A stretch of DNA of 64,000 nucleotides from Eubacterium sp. (lineage in GTDB: Bacteria; Bacillota; Clostridia; Oscillospirales; Acutalibacteraceae): NCBI GenBank assembly GCA_022511205.1, contig JAFLRY010000004.1, positions 24,202 to 88,201 on the forward strand, given 5' to 3'. The notes under the pieces were generated by a model, which had not been told where the DNA came from, searched no databases, and worked only from the letters and a program-made list of their open reading frames with translations. Both the position numbers and the translations under genes were made by a program. This document shows, piece by piece, positions 1 to 9,605 of this stretch (positions are counted from its first letter, which is position 1; each line of letters starts with the position of its first letter).

Positions 1-366
1 AGGAATAATAAATATTACCCGGTAAATATTGAGCAGCAGGATGAGCTGACGGCTTTTGAACGCTTTATAACCGCTATGGCTCAGCGTGTTGATGCTGAAA
101 ATCCCGGTGTGGACGATTTAATCAAAGCCTATAGCAACGATAATCTCAGCTATATCGGCGCAGTCGCTTCCGTTATCGGCGCGGTCGCTTCTATCTTCGC
201 GCCTCCCGGAGGAGCATTCGTAGCTTTAATCGGCTTGATACTCTCCGTTGTGAGCAAGCTGAAGGGCGCGTCAAGCAAGAAATCTTTGATCGCGTTGATC
301 GTAAGTGTTGTTTGCGCAGTGGTGAGCGCAGTATTAGTTGTGGTGTATTACAAGAATTTCGTATAA
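1..366 (+). CDS. 3' part of a CDS that probably runs off the left window edge; hydrophobic C-terminal tail, function unknown
   Basis: Frame 1 is open from nt 1 with no stop before the tracked ATG at 76. Ala/Val/Ile-rich segments (IGAVASVIGAVASIFAPPGGAFVALIGLILSVV; LIALIVSVVCAVVSAVLVVVYY) look like two TM helices. A hairpin terminator follows. Confidence 0.4.
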   Translation, partial: RNNKYYPVNIEQQDELTAFERFITAMAQRVDAENPGVDDLIKAYSNDNLSYIGAVASVIGAVASIFAPPGGAFVALIGLILSVVSKLKGASSKKSLIALIVSVVCAVVSAVLVVVYYKNFV

Positions 367-403
367 TGCCATTCCAATCTTATATTAAGAACTGAAAAAG
401 AAT

Positions 404-434
404 AAAACGCTATGCATTCTCGCATAGCGTTTTT
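404..434. terminator. Bidirectional intrinsic terminator between convergent genes
   Basis: 9-bp stem acgctatgc (407-415) / gcatagcgt (422-430), flanked by an A-run and a T-run. Confidence 0.6.
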
Positions 435-447
435 CATTTGTGAATTA

Positions 448-2043
448 TCAGTGTTCATCACTCAGCACGGCGTGGGCGCATTTTATGCCGTCCACGGCGG
501 CGGAGACGATACCGCCCGCGTAGCCCGCGCCTTCACCGCAGGGGTAAACTCCCCGCACGTTGCACTGACAGAATTCATCTCTTAAAATTCGCACAGAGCT
601 GGAGCTTCTCGTTTCGGGAGCGGTGAGTACCGCGTCGTAAAGATTGAAGCCCTTCAGCTTTTTATCCATTTCAACGATTGCCGATTTCATCGTCTTGGAA
701 ACCTTTTGGGGCAAACACTCGTCAAGACTTGTAAGTGTAACGCCCGTGGGGCAGGTGGGGTTTACGCTACCAAGCGAAGTACTCGTTATTCCATTAAGAA
801 AATCGCCGACTAATTGAGCCGGGGCTTTGTAATCGCCGCCCGCCAGTTCAAAGGCTTTATGCTCGATCTCTCGCTGATAATAAATTCCCGCCAGCGGGTG
901 CTTGCTTGGAAAATCGCAGGGTTCAATGCCTACAAGTAAAGCACTGTTGGCGTTTTCGCCGTCTCGCGCAAGGCTGCTCATGCCATTCACTATAACGCCC
1001 TCTTTTTCGCTGGCGGCGGCAACCACCGTTCCGCCGGGGCACATACAAAACGTATACGCTCCGCGCTCGTGCAAACCGTGGCAGGCAAGCTTGTAATCAG
1101 CCGCGCCGAGCTTGGGATGATCGGCAAATTTGCCGTACTGCGCCTTGTTTATTAGGCTTTGTGGATGCTCGATCCTTGCGCCAACGGAAAAGGGTTTTTG
1201 AATTATCTCAACACCGAGATCGTAGAGCATTTCAACGGTGTCCCTCGCGCTGTGACCGATTGCCATAATAACGCTGTCAGCTTCCATATCGGCTTTAACG
1301 CCGTTTTTACTGTAGGTGATCCCCTGCACGAAGCCGTTGTAGATGATCAGCTTTTCAAGCTTCGTTTCAAGGCGCACCTCGCCGCCTAAGCGTTCGATCT
1401 TTTTCCTTATGTTCTTAACAACTACAGCAAGCCTGTCCGTGCCGATATGGGGCTTGGAGGAGTAGAGTATTTCCTCGGGCGCGCCTGCCTCGTAAAGCTC
1501 GTCAAGCACCTTGCGAATGAACGGGCTTTTTATTCCCGTGGTGAGCTTGCCGTCTGAAAACGTACCTGCTCCGCCCTCGCCGAACTGAACGTTTGATTCC
1601 TCGTTCAGCCTGCGCTTCGTCCAAAATTCGTTAACGTCCTTTTGGCGCGCGTCAATGTCCTTCCCGCGTTCAAGAATGATCGGCCTCAATCCCGCTTCCG
1701 CAAGGATAAGTCCCGCCAGCATGCCCGCAGGGCCGAAGCCCACGATAACCGGTCTGTATTTTGAAACCCGCTTGCTCTCGGGAAGCTCGTAAAAGTATGG
1801 CTTCGCCAAGGCAACTTTTGGCGATTTGCATTTCGCGACGATCTGCCCCTCGTCAAGGCTTATGGTAACGTCCACCGAATAGGTGAAATGCACGTCGTCT
1901 TTTTTTCTCGCGTCTACGCTCTTTTTAAATATTGACAGCTCAGTGATATATTTTTTATTTACTTTAAGAATTTTCGCCGCCTTTTCGGGCAGCAGGCTCT
2001 CCTCCTCGTCAAGGGAAAGCCTTATCTCACTTATTCTTATCAT
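448..2043 (-). CDS. FAD-dependent oxidoreductase (COG2509-like NAD(FAD)-utilizing dehydrogenase)
   Basis: Dinucleotide-binding motif VIVGFGPAGMLAGL. The 531-aa architecture is typical of this family. I prefer the ATG at 2043 (MIRISEIRL) because GGAGA lies 6 nt upstream and falls inside the longer TTG-initiated track ORF. Confidence 0.7.
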   Translation of the reverse strand: MIRISEIRLSLDEEESLLPEKAAKILKVNKKYITELSIFKKSVDARKKDDVHFTYSVDVTISLDEGQIVAKCKSPKVALAKPYFYELPESKRVSKYRPVIVGFGPAGMLAGLILAEAGLRPIILERGKDIDARQKDVNEFWTKRRLNEESNVQFGEGGAGTFSDGKLTTGIKSPFIRKVLDELYEAGAPEEILYSSKPHIGTDRLAVVVKNIRKKIERLGGEVRLETKLEKLIIYNGFVQGITYSKNGVKADMEADSVIMAIGHSARDTVEMLYDLGVEIIQKPFSVGARIEHPQSLINKAQYGKFADHPKLGAADYKLACHGLHERGAYTFCMCPGGTVVAAASEKEGVIVNGMSSLARDGENANSALLVGIEPCDFPSKHPLAGIYYQREIEHKAFELAGGDYKAPAQLVGDFLNGITSTSLGSVNPTCPTGVTLTSLDECLPQKVSKTMKSAIVEMDKKLKGFNLYDAVLTAPETRSSSSVRILRDEFCQCNVRGVYPCGEGAGYAGGIVSAAVDGIKCAHAVLSDEH

Positions 2044-3157
2044 TTCTTTTCTCCGCAATTTTTTCGGCGGCGGCTATGCCGCTCGTCCACGCAAAATCAA
2101 GATTAAATCCTCCGCAGGGAAACTGCTTATCGAGAAGCTCACCGCAGATGTATAGATCTTTAACGTATTTTGATTCAAATCCGTCCACCTCGTTGAGAGG
2201 TATACCGCCGTTCGTTATCTGGGCAAAGTCAAAGCCCTTGGTGCCCGTGATGATCAGCCGCCAGCTTTTGGCGATTTTTGCCGCCGTTTCGGTGTTGTTT
2301 AGAGCCTGCTTTAAAATAATATTGGATAGCGCTTCTCCGAATATTCCCCGCAGACTGCCAAAATCTTCCATATAATTTTTAAGCTCAGCTTCACTTATTT
2401 CCGGCGCAAGATCAAGCACTGCAACGCATTTTTCGGGCTTTTCCTTTGAGAAATTCCCGCTGACGATATGGGATAGATCCATTGCCGCTATGCCGGAAAG
2501 CCCGTATTCGGTGAACAGTATTTCACCGTATTCCTCGCCTTTGATCTCTCCGCCGATTTCGATTTTGATATTGCACCTCGTGCGAGTACCCTTTATCGCT
2601 CTCGGGTATTTGCTCGAAGAGGTCAGCTGAACGAGGGCTGGGGAGAGCGGCGCAACGCTGTGCCCGAGGGGCTTGAGTAAAGCGTAGCCGCTGCCGTTTG
2701 AGCCGAGATTTTTCTGCGCCTTGCCGCCTGCAGCTACGATAACGCTGTCCGCCATAAAGCTTCCCTTTGAGGAATTGACCGTAAGGTCTCTGCCGAGCTT
2801 CGTGACCTCGCAGTCGGTGATGATTTTAACGCCAAGCTTTTCACTCGCTTCAAGGAGCGTATCAAGAACTGTCTGCGCCTTCAGCGAATAGGGATATATT
2901 CGTCCCTGCTCCTCTTCCCGCAGAATAAGCCCTGTGCTATTGAAAAAAAGCTTGGTGCGCTCAAAGCCCTCAGCATTCTTATTCGTAAGGTTGCACCTGC
3001 CGTTTCCCGTGGCAAGTATTTTCTTTCCCGGGGAGGGCAAACGCTCAAGTATTATTACTTTTTCATTCGGCGTGCTCTGTTTAAGGGCGATCGCCGCCGC
3101 CAGTCCGGACGCGCCCGCGCCTATAATAATTGTGGTCATAGCTTCTCCAAAATACAA
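2027..3157 (-). CDS. HI0933/YhiN-like (BaiN-type) FAD-binding flavoprotein
   Basis: N-terminal IIIGAGASGLAAA Rossmann motif, GNGRCN motif, and C-terminal GGFNL/AWTSG typical of the HI0933 family. The 3' end overlaps the next gene. Confidence 0.7.
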   Translation of the reverse strand: MYFGEAMTTIIIGAGASGLAAAIALKQSTPNEKVIILERLPSPGKKILATGNGRCNLTNKNAEGFERTKLFFNSTGLILREEEQGRIYPYSLKAQTVLDTLLEASEKLGVKIITDCEVTKLGRDLTVNSSKGSFMADSVIVAAGGKAQKNLGSNGSGYALLKPLGHSVAPLSPALVQLTSSSKYPRAIKGTRTRCNIKIEIGGEIKGEEYGEILFTEYGLSGIAAMDLSHIVSGNFSKEKPEKCVAVLDLAPEISEAELKNYMEDFGSLRGIFGEALSNIILKQALNNTETAAKIAKSWRLIITGTKGFDFAQITNGGIPLNEVDGFESKYVKDLYICGELLDKQFPCGGFNLDFAWTSGIAAAEKIAEKRNDKNK

Positions 3158-3224
3158 TATATATGCGTGTTTTCTATATAATAATATAAATTTAAAATAA
3201 TTGCAAACTTTTTGGCAAAATTGC

Positions 3225-3254
3225 TTGACTTTGTCTTTCCCGTTGTGGTATATT
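3225..3254 (+). promoter_or_regulatory. Sigma-A-type promoter for rpmG-secE-nusG
   Basis: TTGACT (3225-3230), 18-nt spacer ending in TGG, then TATATT (3249-3254), i.e. an extended -10. Confidence 0.55.
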
Positions 3255-3383
3255 ATGGATACCTCGAAAAGGGGTTAATTTTTTTGCCCAAAATTTTTGC
3301 TTTCGGCAGGAGCCGCCGCGTTGGGTTCCAAGCTGTAAGCGCCGAGGGAGATTAAAAATCGAGATTAAAATGGAGGTGCCGAA

Positions 3384-3533
3384 ATGAGAGTTAAAGTTAC
3401 TTTAGCTTGCACTGAATGCAAACAACGCAATTACAACACGATGAAAAACAAAAAGAACACTCCGGACAGACTTGAGATGAACAAGTATTGCCCATTCTGT
3501 AAGAAACACACCCCTCATAGAGAAACGAAGTAA
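3384..3533 (+). CDS. rpmG: 50S ribosomal protein L33
   Basis: 49-aa ORF below the track cutoff: [49 protein letters not shown], with CxxC...CxxC. GGAGG lies upstream. It sits in the canonical position before secE-nusG. Confidence 0.93.
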   Translation: MRVKVTLACTECKQRNYNTMKNKKNTPDRLEMNKYCPFCKKHTPHRETK

Positions 3534-3545
3534 CGGAGGATAAAA

Positions 3546-3980
3546 ATGGCAGAAGATAAGAAAGTCGAAAAAGATGCAAAAAAGCCTGCCAAGGACGGCA
3601 AGAGCAAAAAGCCAAGAAAGAACCCTTTCAAGTCCATTGCTTCTTTCTTTAAGAGTGTTAACGCAGAGCGTAAGAAGGTCGTTTGGCCGACCGCTAAGGA
3701 AACGCTTAAAAACGCGGCTATCGTTCTCGTAGTTACCGTTATAGTAGGTGTTGCCATTTATGCGATCGATTCACTTCTTTCTTTAGGAATGGAGCAGCTT
3801 AGAAATTGGGCTCCCGAGAAGACCACCGTAAGCACCAGCGTTGAGAGCACTTCCGGTGATGCCGATGAGGATACTACCGGCGATGCTGCAGAAGGTACAA
3901 CCGGTAATACCACAGAGGGTACGACCGGCAGCACTGAGGGATCTTCCGAAAACAGCACCGAGGGAACCTCAGGCAATTAA
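3546..3980 (+). CDS. secE: Preprotein translocase subunit SecE with an extended low-complexity C-terminal tail
   Basis: Position between rpmG and nusG. Lys-rich N-terminus, conserved KKVVWPT motif and a single TM helix (AAIVLVVTVIVGVAIYAI). About 55 extra acidic T/G/E/S-rich residues at the C-terminus. Confidence 0.8.
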   Translation: MAEDKKVEKDAKKPAKDGKSKKPRKNPFKSIASFFKSVNAERKKVVWPTAKETLKNAAIVLVVTVIVGVAIYAIDSLLSLGMEQLRNWAPEKTTVSTSVESTSGDADEDTTGDAAEGTTGNTTEGTTGSTEGSSENSTEGTSGN

Positions 3981-4013
3981 GAGGGATTTTATTAACGGAG
4001 GCTCAATATCCAT

Positions 4014-4538
4014 ATGGAAGAAGCTAAATGGTACGTTGCCCACACGTTTTCAGGCTATGAAAACAAGGTGGCAAGCAATATTCAGACCGTTGTTGAAAAC
4101 CGCAATCTTCACGATTTGATCCAGGAGGTTTCGGTGCCCACCGAAACGGTCGTTGAAATCAAAGAAGACGGAAGCAAAAAAGAAGTGGAGAGAAAGATCT
4201 TTCCCGGTTACGTGCTTGTTAAAATGGTTATGAACGACGATACTTGGTACGTTGTTCGCAACATCAGAGGCTGCACGGGCTTCGTAGGCCCGGAAAGCAA
4301 GCCAGTTCCCCTCACTGAGGAAGAGGTTAAAAAGCTCGGCATAGAAAAGATCACCGTTGAGGTTGCCTATGCGCCCGGCGATCTCGTAAATGTTATTGAC
4401 GGACCTCTCGAGGGCTTCTCAGGCACGGTCGATTCCGTTGACGTAACGAAAAACAGCGTTCTCGTTACGATCTCTATGTTCGGACGTGAAACGGCTGTTG
4501 AATTTGAGCTTGATCAGCTTGAAAAGATCAGTGATTAA
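4014..4538 (+). CDS. nusG: Transcription termination/antitermination factor NusG
   Basis: KWYVAHTFSGYENKV NGN-domain start and a C-terminal KOW region (GDLVNVIDGPLEGFSGTV). Canonical synteny. Confidence 0.95.
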   Translation: MEEAKWYVAHTFSGYENKVASNIQTVVENRNLHDLIQEVSVPTETVVEIKEDGSKKEVERKIFPGYVLVKMVMNDDTWYVVRNIRGCTGFVGPESKPVPLTEEEVKKLGIEKITVEVAYAPGDLVNVIDGPLEGFSGTVDSVDVTKNSVLVTISMFGRETAVEFELDQLEKISD

Positions 4539-4642
4539 TTTTAGGTAATTAGCAGTATATCTGCTTGTTATTCACCGCTTGCGGTGAGTGGGAGGGAATT
4601 TGCTTTCCCGCCAAACCACATTATTTAGGAGGAAATTTATTT

Positions 4643-5068
4643 ATGGCTCAGAAGGTAGTAGGTTTAATTAAACTTCAGATCCCTGCAGGCAAAGCAACTC
4701 CGGCGCCCCCGGTAGGTCCTGCACTTGGTCAGCACGGTGTAAACATCATGGCGTTTACCAAGGAATTCAACGAGAGAACGAAGAACGACGTTGGTCTTAT
4801 CATTCCCGTTGTTATCACCGTTTTTGATGACCGTTCATTCACTTTCATAACGAAAACACCCCCCGCTGCGGTTCTTATTAAGAAGGCCTGCGGAATCGAA
4901 TCCGGTTCAGGCGTTCCCAACAAGACCAAGGTTGCAACGATCACCAAGGCTCAGATCCAGCAGATCGCTGAAACGAAGCTTCCCGATCTCAACGCGGCAA
5001 ATCTTGAAGCCGCTATGAGCATGATCGCCGGCACTGCGCGCAGCATGGGCGTAGTAGTAGAAGACTGA
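4643..5068 (+). CDS. rplK: 50S ribosomal protein L11
   Basis: [36 protein letters not shown] is the L11 signature. The ATG at 4643 follows AGGAGG, so the track's upstream extension from 4565 is spurious. Confidence 0.95.
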   Translation: MAQKVVGLIKLQIPAGKATPAPPVGPALGQHGVNIMAFTKEFNERTKNDVGLIIPVVITVFDDRSFTFITKTPPAAVLIKKACGIESGSGVPNKTKVATITKAQIQQIAETKLPDLNAANLEAAMSMIAGTARSMGVVVED

Positions 5069-5118
5069 TTCCCCGTGTGGGAGGAAAAATCCGATTAACC
5101 ACTAGGAGGTAATTTATT

Positions 5119-5826
5119 ATGAAACACGGAAAGAAATACGTAGAAAGCGCTAAGCTTGTTGACCGCGCAAATTTATATGAAACGGCAGAGGCTCTTGAGC
5201 TCGCCGCCAAAACGGCAACGGCTAAGTTTGATGAAACGATAGAAGTACACGTTCGCTTAGGTGTTGACTCCCGTCACGCAGACCAGCAGGTTCGCGGCGC
5301 GGTAGTTCTTCCCAACGGAACCGGTAAGGACGTTAGAGTTGCCGTTTTCGCAAAGGGCGATCTCGCTAAGGCTGCTGAGGAAGCAGGCGCCGATATCGTA
5401 GGCGACGCAGACCTCGTTCAGAAGATCCAGGGCGGCTGGATGGAATTCGACGTTGCTATCGCCAGCCCCGATATGATGGGATTCGTAGGACGTTTAGGTA
5501 AGGTTCTCGGCCCGAGAGGTCTTATGCCTTCTCCCAAGGCAGGTACTGTAACGATGGACGTTGCTAAGGCTGTTGTTGAGGCTAAGGCAGGTAAGATCGA
5601 GTACCGTCTTGATAAGTCCAACATCATTCACTGCCCCATCGGCAAGGCTTCCTTTGGTACTGAGAAGCTTCAGGAGAACTTCAATGCGCTTCTTGACGCG
5701 ATCATCAAGGCAAAGCCCGCCGCCGCAAAAGGTCAGTATATCAGATCCTGCACCGTTGCGTCCACCATGGGCCCCGGCGTTCGCATCAATCCCAACAGAG
5801 TTGGTTCAGGCGCAGTAGCCGAGTAA
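5119..5826 (+). CDS. rplA: 50S ribosomal protein L1
   Basis: MKHGKKY..., [13 protein letters not shown] and [11 protein letters not shown] motifs. Synteny after rplK. Confidence 0.95.
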   Translation: MKHGKKYVESAKLVDRANLYETAEALELAAKTATAKFDETIEVHVRLGVDSRHADQQVRGAVVLPNGTGKDVRVAVFAKGDLAKAAEEAGADIVGDADLVQKIQGGWMEFDVAIASPDMMGFVGRLGKVLGPRGLMPSPKAGTVTMDVAKAVVEAKAGKIEYRLDKSNIIHCPIGKASFGTEKLQENFNALLDAIIKAKPAAAKGQYIRSCTVASTMGPGVRINPNRVGSGAVAE

Positions 5827-5839
5827 TTTAATTTTGGTA

Positions 5840-5868
5840 TTGACAGGGCTTTCGCTCTGTGTTACAAT
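5840..5868 (+). promoter_or_regulatory. Consensus sigma-A promoter for the rplJL operon
   Basis: TTGACA (5840-5845), 17-nt spacer, TACAAT (5863-5868). Confidence 0.7.
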
Positions 5869-6083
5869 ACATTCGCTGTTCAGCCAAAGACAGCAGGTAC
5901 CGTTTCGGTGTAAGTTTATCGCCTGCCGAGGAATGAGCATTTTAAATGATATATAGGTATTTATATATTTATTAAGAAATGTCGTGCGTTCCTCTTGGTT
6001 TACGAAGGGAACGCACTTTTCGTTTTTTGGAAACAGCTTAAAGTCCGTTAGCAATAACGGCAAATAAGTATGGAGGTATAGTA
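5869..6083 (+). promoter_or_regulatory. Ribosomal protein L10 leader with a terminator-like attenuator hairpin
   Basis: About 215-nt untranslated leader between the promoter and rplJ. Stem gtgcgttcc (5984-5992) / ggaacgcac (6008-6016) is followed by TTTTCGTTTTTT. Position matches the L10(L12)4 autoregulatory leaders of Firmicutes. Confidence 0.6.
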
Positions 6084-6650
6084 ATGCCAAGCACAGCAAT
6101 TCTTGAAAAGAAACAGGCGCAGGTTGCCGCTCTTGCCGAAAGAATTAAGAGCTCTATTGCCGGTGTTGTCGTTGACTACAAGGGTATTAACGTAGCAGAC
6201 GATACCAAGCTTCGTAAAGAGCTTCGTGAAGCAGGCGTTGAGTACACGGTTGTTAAGAACACGATGCTCAAGAGAGCTGCTGACGATGCGGGTCTTTCAG
6301 GCCTTGATGACGTTCTTGAAGGCACCACGGCACTTGCAACAAGCGCAGATGATTACGTTGCATCAGCGCGTATTCTTCAGAAGTTCGCTGACACTCACAA
6401 AAACTTCACCTTAAAGTCAGGTTATCTTGACGGTGCGGTTATCAGCACGGAAAAGCTTCAGTCACTTGCAAAGCTTCCCTCAAGAGAAGTTCTTCTTGCA
6501 ACTGTTTGCAGCGTATTCAACGCTCCGATAGCAGCATTCGCAAGAGGCGTTAAGGCGATCGTTGAAAAAGGCGGCGTTGAGGAATGTTTAAACGCTAAAA
6601 CAGCAGAGGCTCCCGCAGAGGAAGCACCTGCAGCAGAGACTGCCGAATAA
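6084..6650 (+). CDS. rplJ: 50S ribosomal protein L10
   Basis: Typical L10 N-terminus ([39 protein letters not shown]). Synteny before rplL. Confidence 0.93.
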   Translation: MPSTAILEKKQAQVAALAERIKSSIAGVVVDYKGINVADDTKLRKELREAGVEYTVVKNTMLKRAADDAGLSGLDDVLEGTTALATSADDYVASARILQKFADTHKNFTLKSGYLDGAVISTEKLQSLAKLPSREVLLATVCSVFNAPIAAFARGVKAIVEKGGVEECLNAKTAEAPAEEAPAAETAE

Positions 6651-6693
6651 TCGGCAAAAACTTAAAAAATTCTTTATTTTGGAGGAAATAAAA

Positions 6694-7068
6694 ATGGCAT
6701 CAGAGAATGTAATGAAAATCGTTGAAGAGCTTAAGACTCTCACGGTTCTTGAGCTTTCAGAGCTCGTATCAGCAGTAGAAGAAGAATTCGGCGTAAGCGC
6801 TGCAGCAGCAGTAGCAGTAGCAGCTCCCGCAGACGCAGCTCCCGCAGAGGAAGAGAAGACTGAGTTCGACGTTGTACTTACCAACGTTGGCGCGAACAAG
6901 ATCGCTGTTATCAAGGCTGTTCGTGAGGCTACCGGTCTTGGTCTTAAGGAAGCAAAGGCTATCGTTGACGCTGCTCCCGCAACCGTTAAGGAAGCTATGC
7001 CCACCGCTGACGCTGAGGCTCTCAAGGCCGCTCTTGCTGAGGCTGGCGCAACTGTTGAGCTTAAATAA
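6694..7068 (+). CDS. rplL: 50S ribosomal protein L7/L12
   Basis: Ala-rich hinge and C-terminal [24 protein letters not shown] signature. The ATG at 6694 is preceded by GGAGGA (6681-6686). Confidence 0.95.
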   Translation: MASENVMKIVEELKTLTVLELSELVSAVEEEFGVSAAAAVAVAAPADAAPAEEEKTEFDVVLTNVGANKIAVIKAVREATGLGLKEAKAIVDAAPATVKEAMPTADAEALKAALAEAGATVELK

Positions 7069-7087
7069 GTTCATTCTTACAATTCAG

Positions 7088-7125
7088 AAAGACGGTGTGA
7101 GTACCCCACACCGTCTTTTTTCTTT
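7088..7125 (+). terminator. Intrinsic terminator after rplL
   Basis: 12-bp stem aaagacggtgtg / cacaccgtcttt followed by a T-run. Confidence 0.8.
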
Positions 7126-7193
7126 TCTCCATTCGCTCTATATTGACAACTGCTACAGCATATGATATTTTTAAATCAAAGGAGGTAATATTT

Positions 7194-7355
7194 ATGAAAG
7201 AAGAATTAAGCACCGGCTGGCGAATATTTATAGCAATATTATGTATGCTCGGCTTTGGTTTTCTCACTATCGTTTTTGGAACCTTCAGTTGGACGGAAGT
7301 ACTCCAAAACGCCCTGCTCGGAACGATCGCCGTATTCGTGGTATTAATAAGATAG
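7194..7355 (+). CDS. Small (53 aa) two-TM membrane protein, function unknown
   Basis: AGGAGG lies 7 nt before the ATG at 7194. Hydrophobic segments are IFIAILCMLGFGFLTIVFGTF and LLGTIAVFVVLI. Flanked by terminators. Confidence 0.4.
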   Translation: MKEELSTGWRIFIAILCMLGFGFLTIVFGTFSWTEVLQNALLGTIAVFVVLIR

Positions 7356-7375
7356 TATTATATAAAAACAATATA

Positions 7376-7412
7376 AAAAGACGGTATGGAATGCCATACC
7401 GTCTTTAATTTT
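7376..7412. terminator. Bidirectional intrinsic terminator
   Basis: Stem gacggtatgg (7380-7389) / ccataccgtc (7394-7403), flanked by an A-run and a T-run. Lies between convergent genes. Confidence 0.7.
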
Positions 7413-7416
7413 TTAT

Positions 7417-8019
7417 TCACTCTATTTTCTCTCCGTCCTGAAGAAAGGCATAGCGGGTTTTCATCATATCCGTGTCAACGCCCTCATAATGCTCTAAATA
7501 GTCAAGCATGGGCTCAATTTCGTCAAACACGGCGAAAAGCTCAAGAGAATCGTTTTTCACAAAGTTCTCCTCAACGGAATGGTTGATCATATCCACCAGC
7601 TTATCATAGTAGCCGTCAACATTAAAAATAACGATCGCCTTATTATGTCTGCCAAGTTGTTTGAGCGCGTAGACCTCGAAGAATTCCTCAAAAGTTCCAA
7701 CGCCGCCGGGAGCGATGATGAACGCGTCGGAATGATCCTCCATATATGTCTTTCTCTGCGCCATGGTTTCTGTGTACTTGAATTTCGTGCAGTTATCGTA
7801 AAGCAGATTGTGTATCTTCATAAAGGTAGGCGCAACGCCTAAGATATATCCGCCGTTATCAAATTCTCCCCTTGCGGAAGCGCCCATAACGCCGCAGTTG
7901 CCACCCCCGAAAACAAGACCGATACCGCGTTTAGCCATGGCGCGGCCCAGCTCATAGGACGCATTGATATACTTTTCATCAATAATATCGCTTGATGCGC
8001 CGAAAACACAAATATTCAT
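7417..8019 (-). CDS. LOG family protein (TIGR00730-type nucleotide phosphoribohydrolase)
   Basis: GGGNCGVMG and PGGVGTFEE signature motifs. Confidence 0.8.
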   Translation of the reverse strand: MNICVFGASSDIIDEKYINASYELGRAMAKRGIGLVFGGGNCGVMGASARGEFDNGGYILGVAPTFMKIHNLLYDNCTKFKYTETMAQRKTYMEDHSDAFIIAPGGVGTFEEFFEVYALKQLGRHNKAIVIFNVDGYYDKLVDMINHSVEENFVKNDSLELFAVFDEIEPMLDYLEHYEGVDTDMMKTRYAFLQDGEKIE

Positions 8020-8186
8020 ATGATCACCCTTTTGATTAGTTTAATTATAATTATTCTATGCAAAACTTATTATATCAGCACACGGCACCTTAATCAATAA
8101 AATATTTATTTATGCCCCATATTTGCTTGAAATAGACGAAAGGGGAGTATATAATATATCTGTAAAAATACAAGGAGAAAACTTCT

Positions 8187-9587
8187 ATGAATAGTTTTAT
8201 GGATAAGGATTTTTTGCTGGATACCCCAACGGCGAAAAAGCTTTTTCACGAATATTGCGAAAACCTTCCCATATGCGATTATCATTGCCATTTAAGTCCA
8301 AAGGAGATCTACGAAAATGAAGCGCCTGCTGATATCTCTCAGCTCTGGCTCAGCGGAGATCACTATAAATGGCGCGCCATGCGCTCCTGCGGAGTGAGCG
8401 AGGATTATTGCACGGGAAACAGAACGGGCAGAGAAAAATTTCAAAAATTCGCCTATGCGCTTCAGTACGCGATTGGCAATCCGCTATATCATTGGGCGCA
8501 TATTGAACTCCAAAAGTATTTTGGAATCGATACACCGCTTTCAGCGAAAACTGCCGACGAGATATACGACCGCGCCAACGAAGCTATGGCAAAGGGCGAT
8601 TTCCGTCCTCAAAGCCTTATTACGCGCTCAAACGTTAAGGTGATCTGCACCACGGACGATCCCATAGACGATTTGAAATATCACAAGCTTTTAAAGGAAG
8701 TTGACGGCTTCGACTGTCAGGTGCTTCCCTCTTACCGTCCCGATAAGGCGCTGAACGCAAACCTTGACGGCTTTGCCGAGTATATCAATAAGCTCGGAGA
8801 GATTGCGGGCGTTGAGATCAAATCATATAAAGACGTGATCGCAGCGTTGTTGAAGCGTGCCGACTATTTCAATGAGGTCGGTTGCCGCATTTCGGATCAG
8901 TCCTTCGATTACGTTCCCTTCACCATTGCTGACGATGATGAGATAGAAGCGATCTTCACCCGCGCGATGAAGGGAGAAGCACTCACGCAGGCAGAGGTTG
9001 ACGCCTACAGAACGAAGATCATGCTCGCTCTCGGCGAAAAGTATCACGAGCTGGGCTGGGCGATGGAAATACATATCGGCGCGATGAGAAACAACAACAC
9101 CGCTATGTTTAAAAAGCTCGGCGCGGACGTGGGCTTCGATTCTATCGGGGATCACAACATTGCCCATACCCTAAGCCGTTTTCTTGACGCGCTCAATGTC
9201 AAAGGCAAGCTTCCGAAAACGATCCTTTTCAACCTTAATAATAAGGATAACGTGGTGCTCGCCACTATGCTTGGCAATTTCCAGAGTGACGAGGCTGAAT
9301 CCAAAATTCAGTTTGGCCCTGCCTGGTGGTTCCTTGATACGATGGACGGTATGACGGATCAGATGAAAGCCCTCGGAAATCTCGGAATCCTCGGCAAATT
9401 CGTCGGTATGGAGACGGATTCCCGCTCCTTCACCTCATATGGCAGACACGATTATTTCCGCCGCATTCTGTGCGCTCTCATCGGCAGATGGGTCGAGGAC
9501 GGCTGGTATGCCAACGATGAGGAAATATTGGCGGAAATCGTTCAGGGCATATCCTACAATAACGCAATGAAATATTTTAATTTTTAA
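8187..9587 (+). CDS. uxaC: Glucuronate isomerase
   Basis: 466 aa. N-terminal FMDKDFLLDTPTAKKLFHEY...PICDYHCHL is the UxaC signature. Followed by kdgK-eda. Confidence 0.9.
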   Translation: MNSFMDKDFLLDTPTAKKLFHEYCENLPICDYHCHLSPKEIYENEAPADISQLWLSGDHYKWRAMRSCGVSEDYCTGNRTGREKFQKFAYALQYAIGNPLYHWAHIELQKYFGIDTPLSAKTADEIYDRANEAMAKGDFRPQSLITRSNVKVICTTDDPIDDLKYHKLLKEVDGFDCQVLPSYRPDKALNANLDGFAEYINKLGEIAGVEIKSYKDVIAALLKRADYFNEVGCRISDQSFDYVPFTIADDDEIEAIFTRAMKGEALTQAEVDAYRTKIMLALGEKYHELGWAMEIHIGAMRNNNTAMFKKLGADVGFDSIGDHNIAHTLSRFLDALNVKGKLPKTILFNLNNKDNVVLATMLGNFQSDEAESKIQFGPAWWFLDTMDGMTDQMKALGNLGILGKFVGMETDSRSFTSYGRHDYFRRILCALIGRWVEDGWYANDEEILAEIVQGISYNNAMKYFNF

Positions 9588-9605
9588 TATTCGGAGGACA
9601 GTAAA

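Noticed and set aside
4565-4642. N-terminal extension of rplK in the ORF track ([11 protein letters not shown]...). Similar extensions occur for rplL (6679), eda (10865), hisS (17777), the SLA reductase-like gene (37556), nadC (54696) and the GNATs (46761, 47964).
   Set aside because: In each case an internal ATG or GTG with a good Shine-Dalgarno sequence matches the conserved family N-terminus. The upstream codons overlap SD or terminator sequences.
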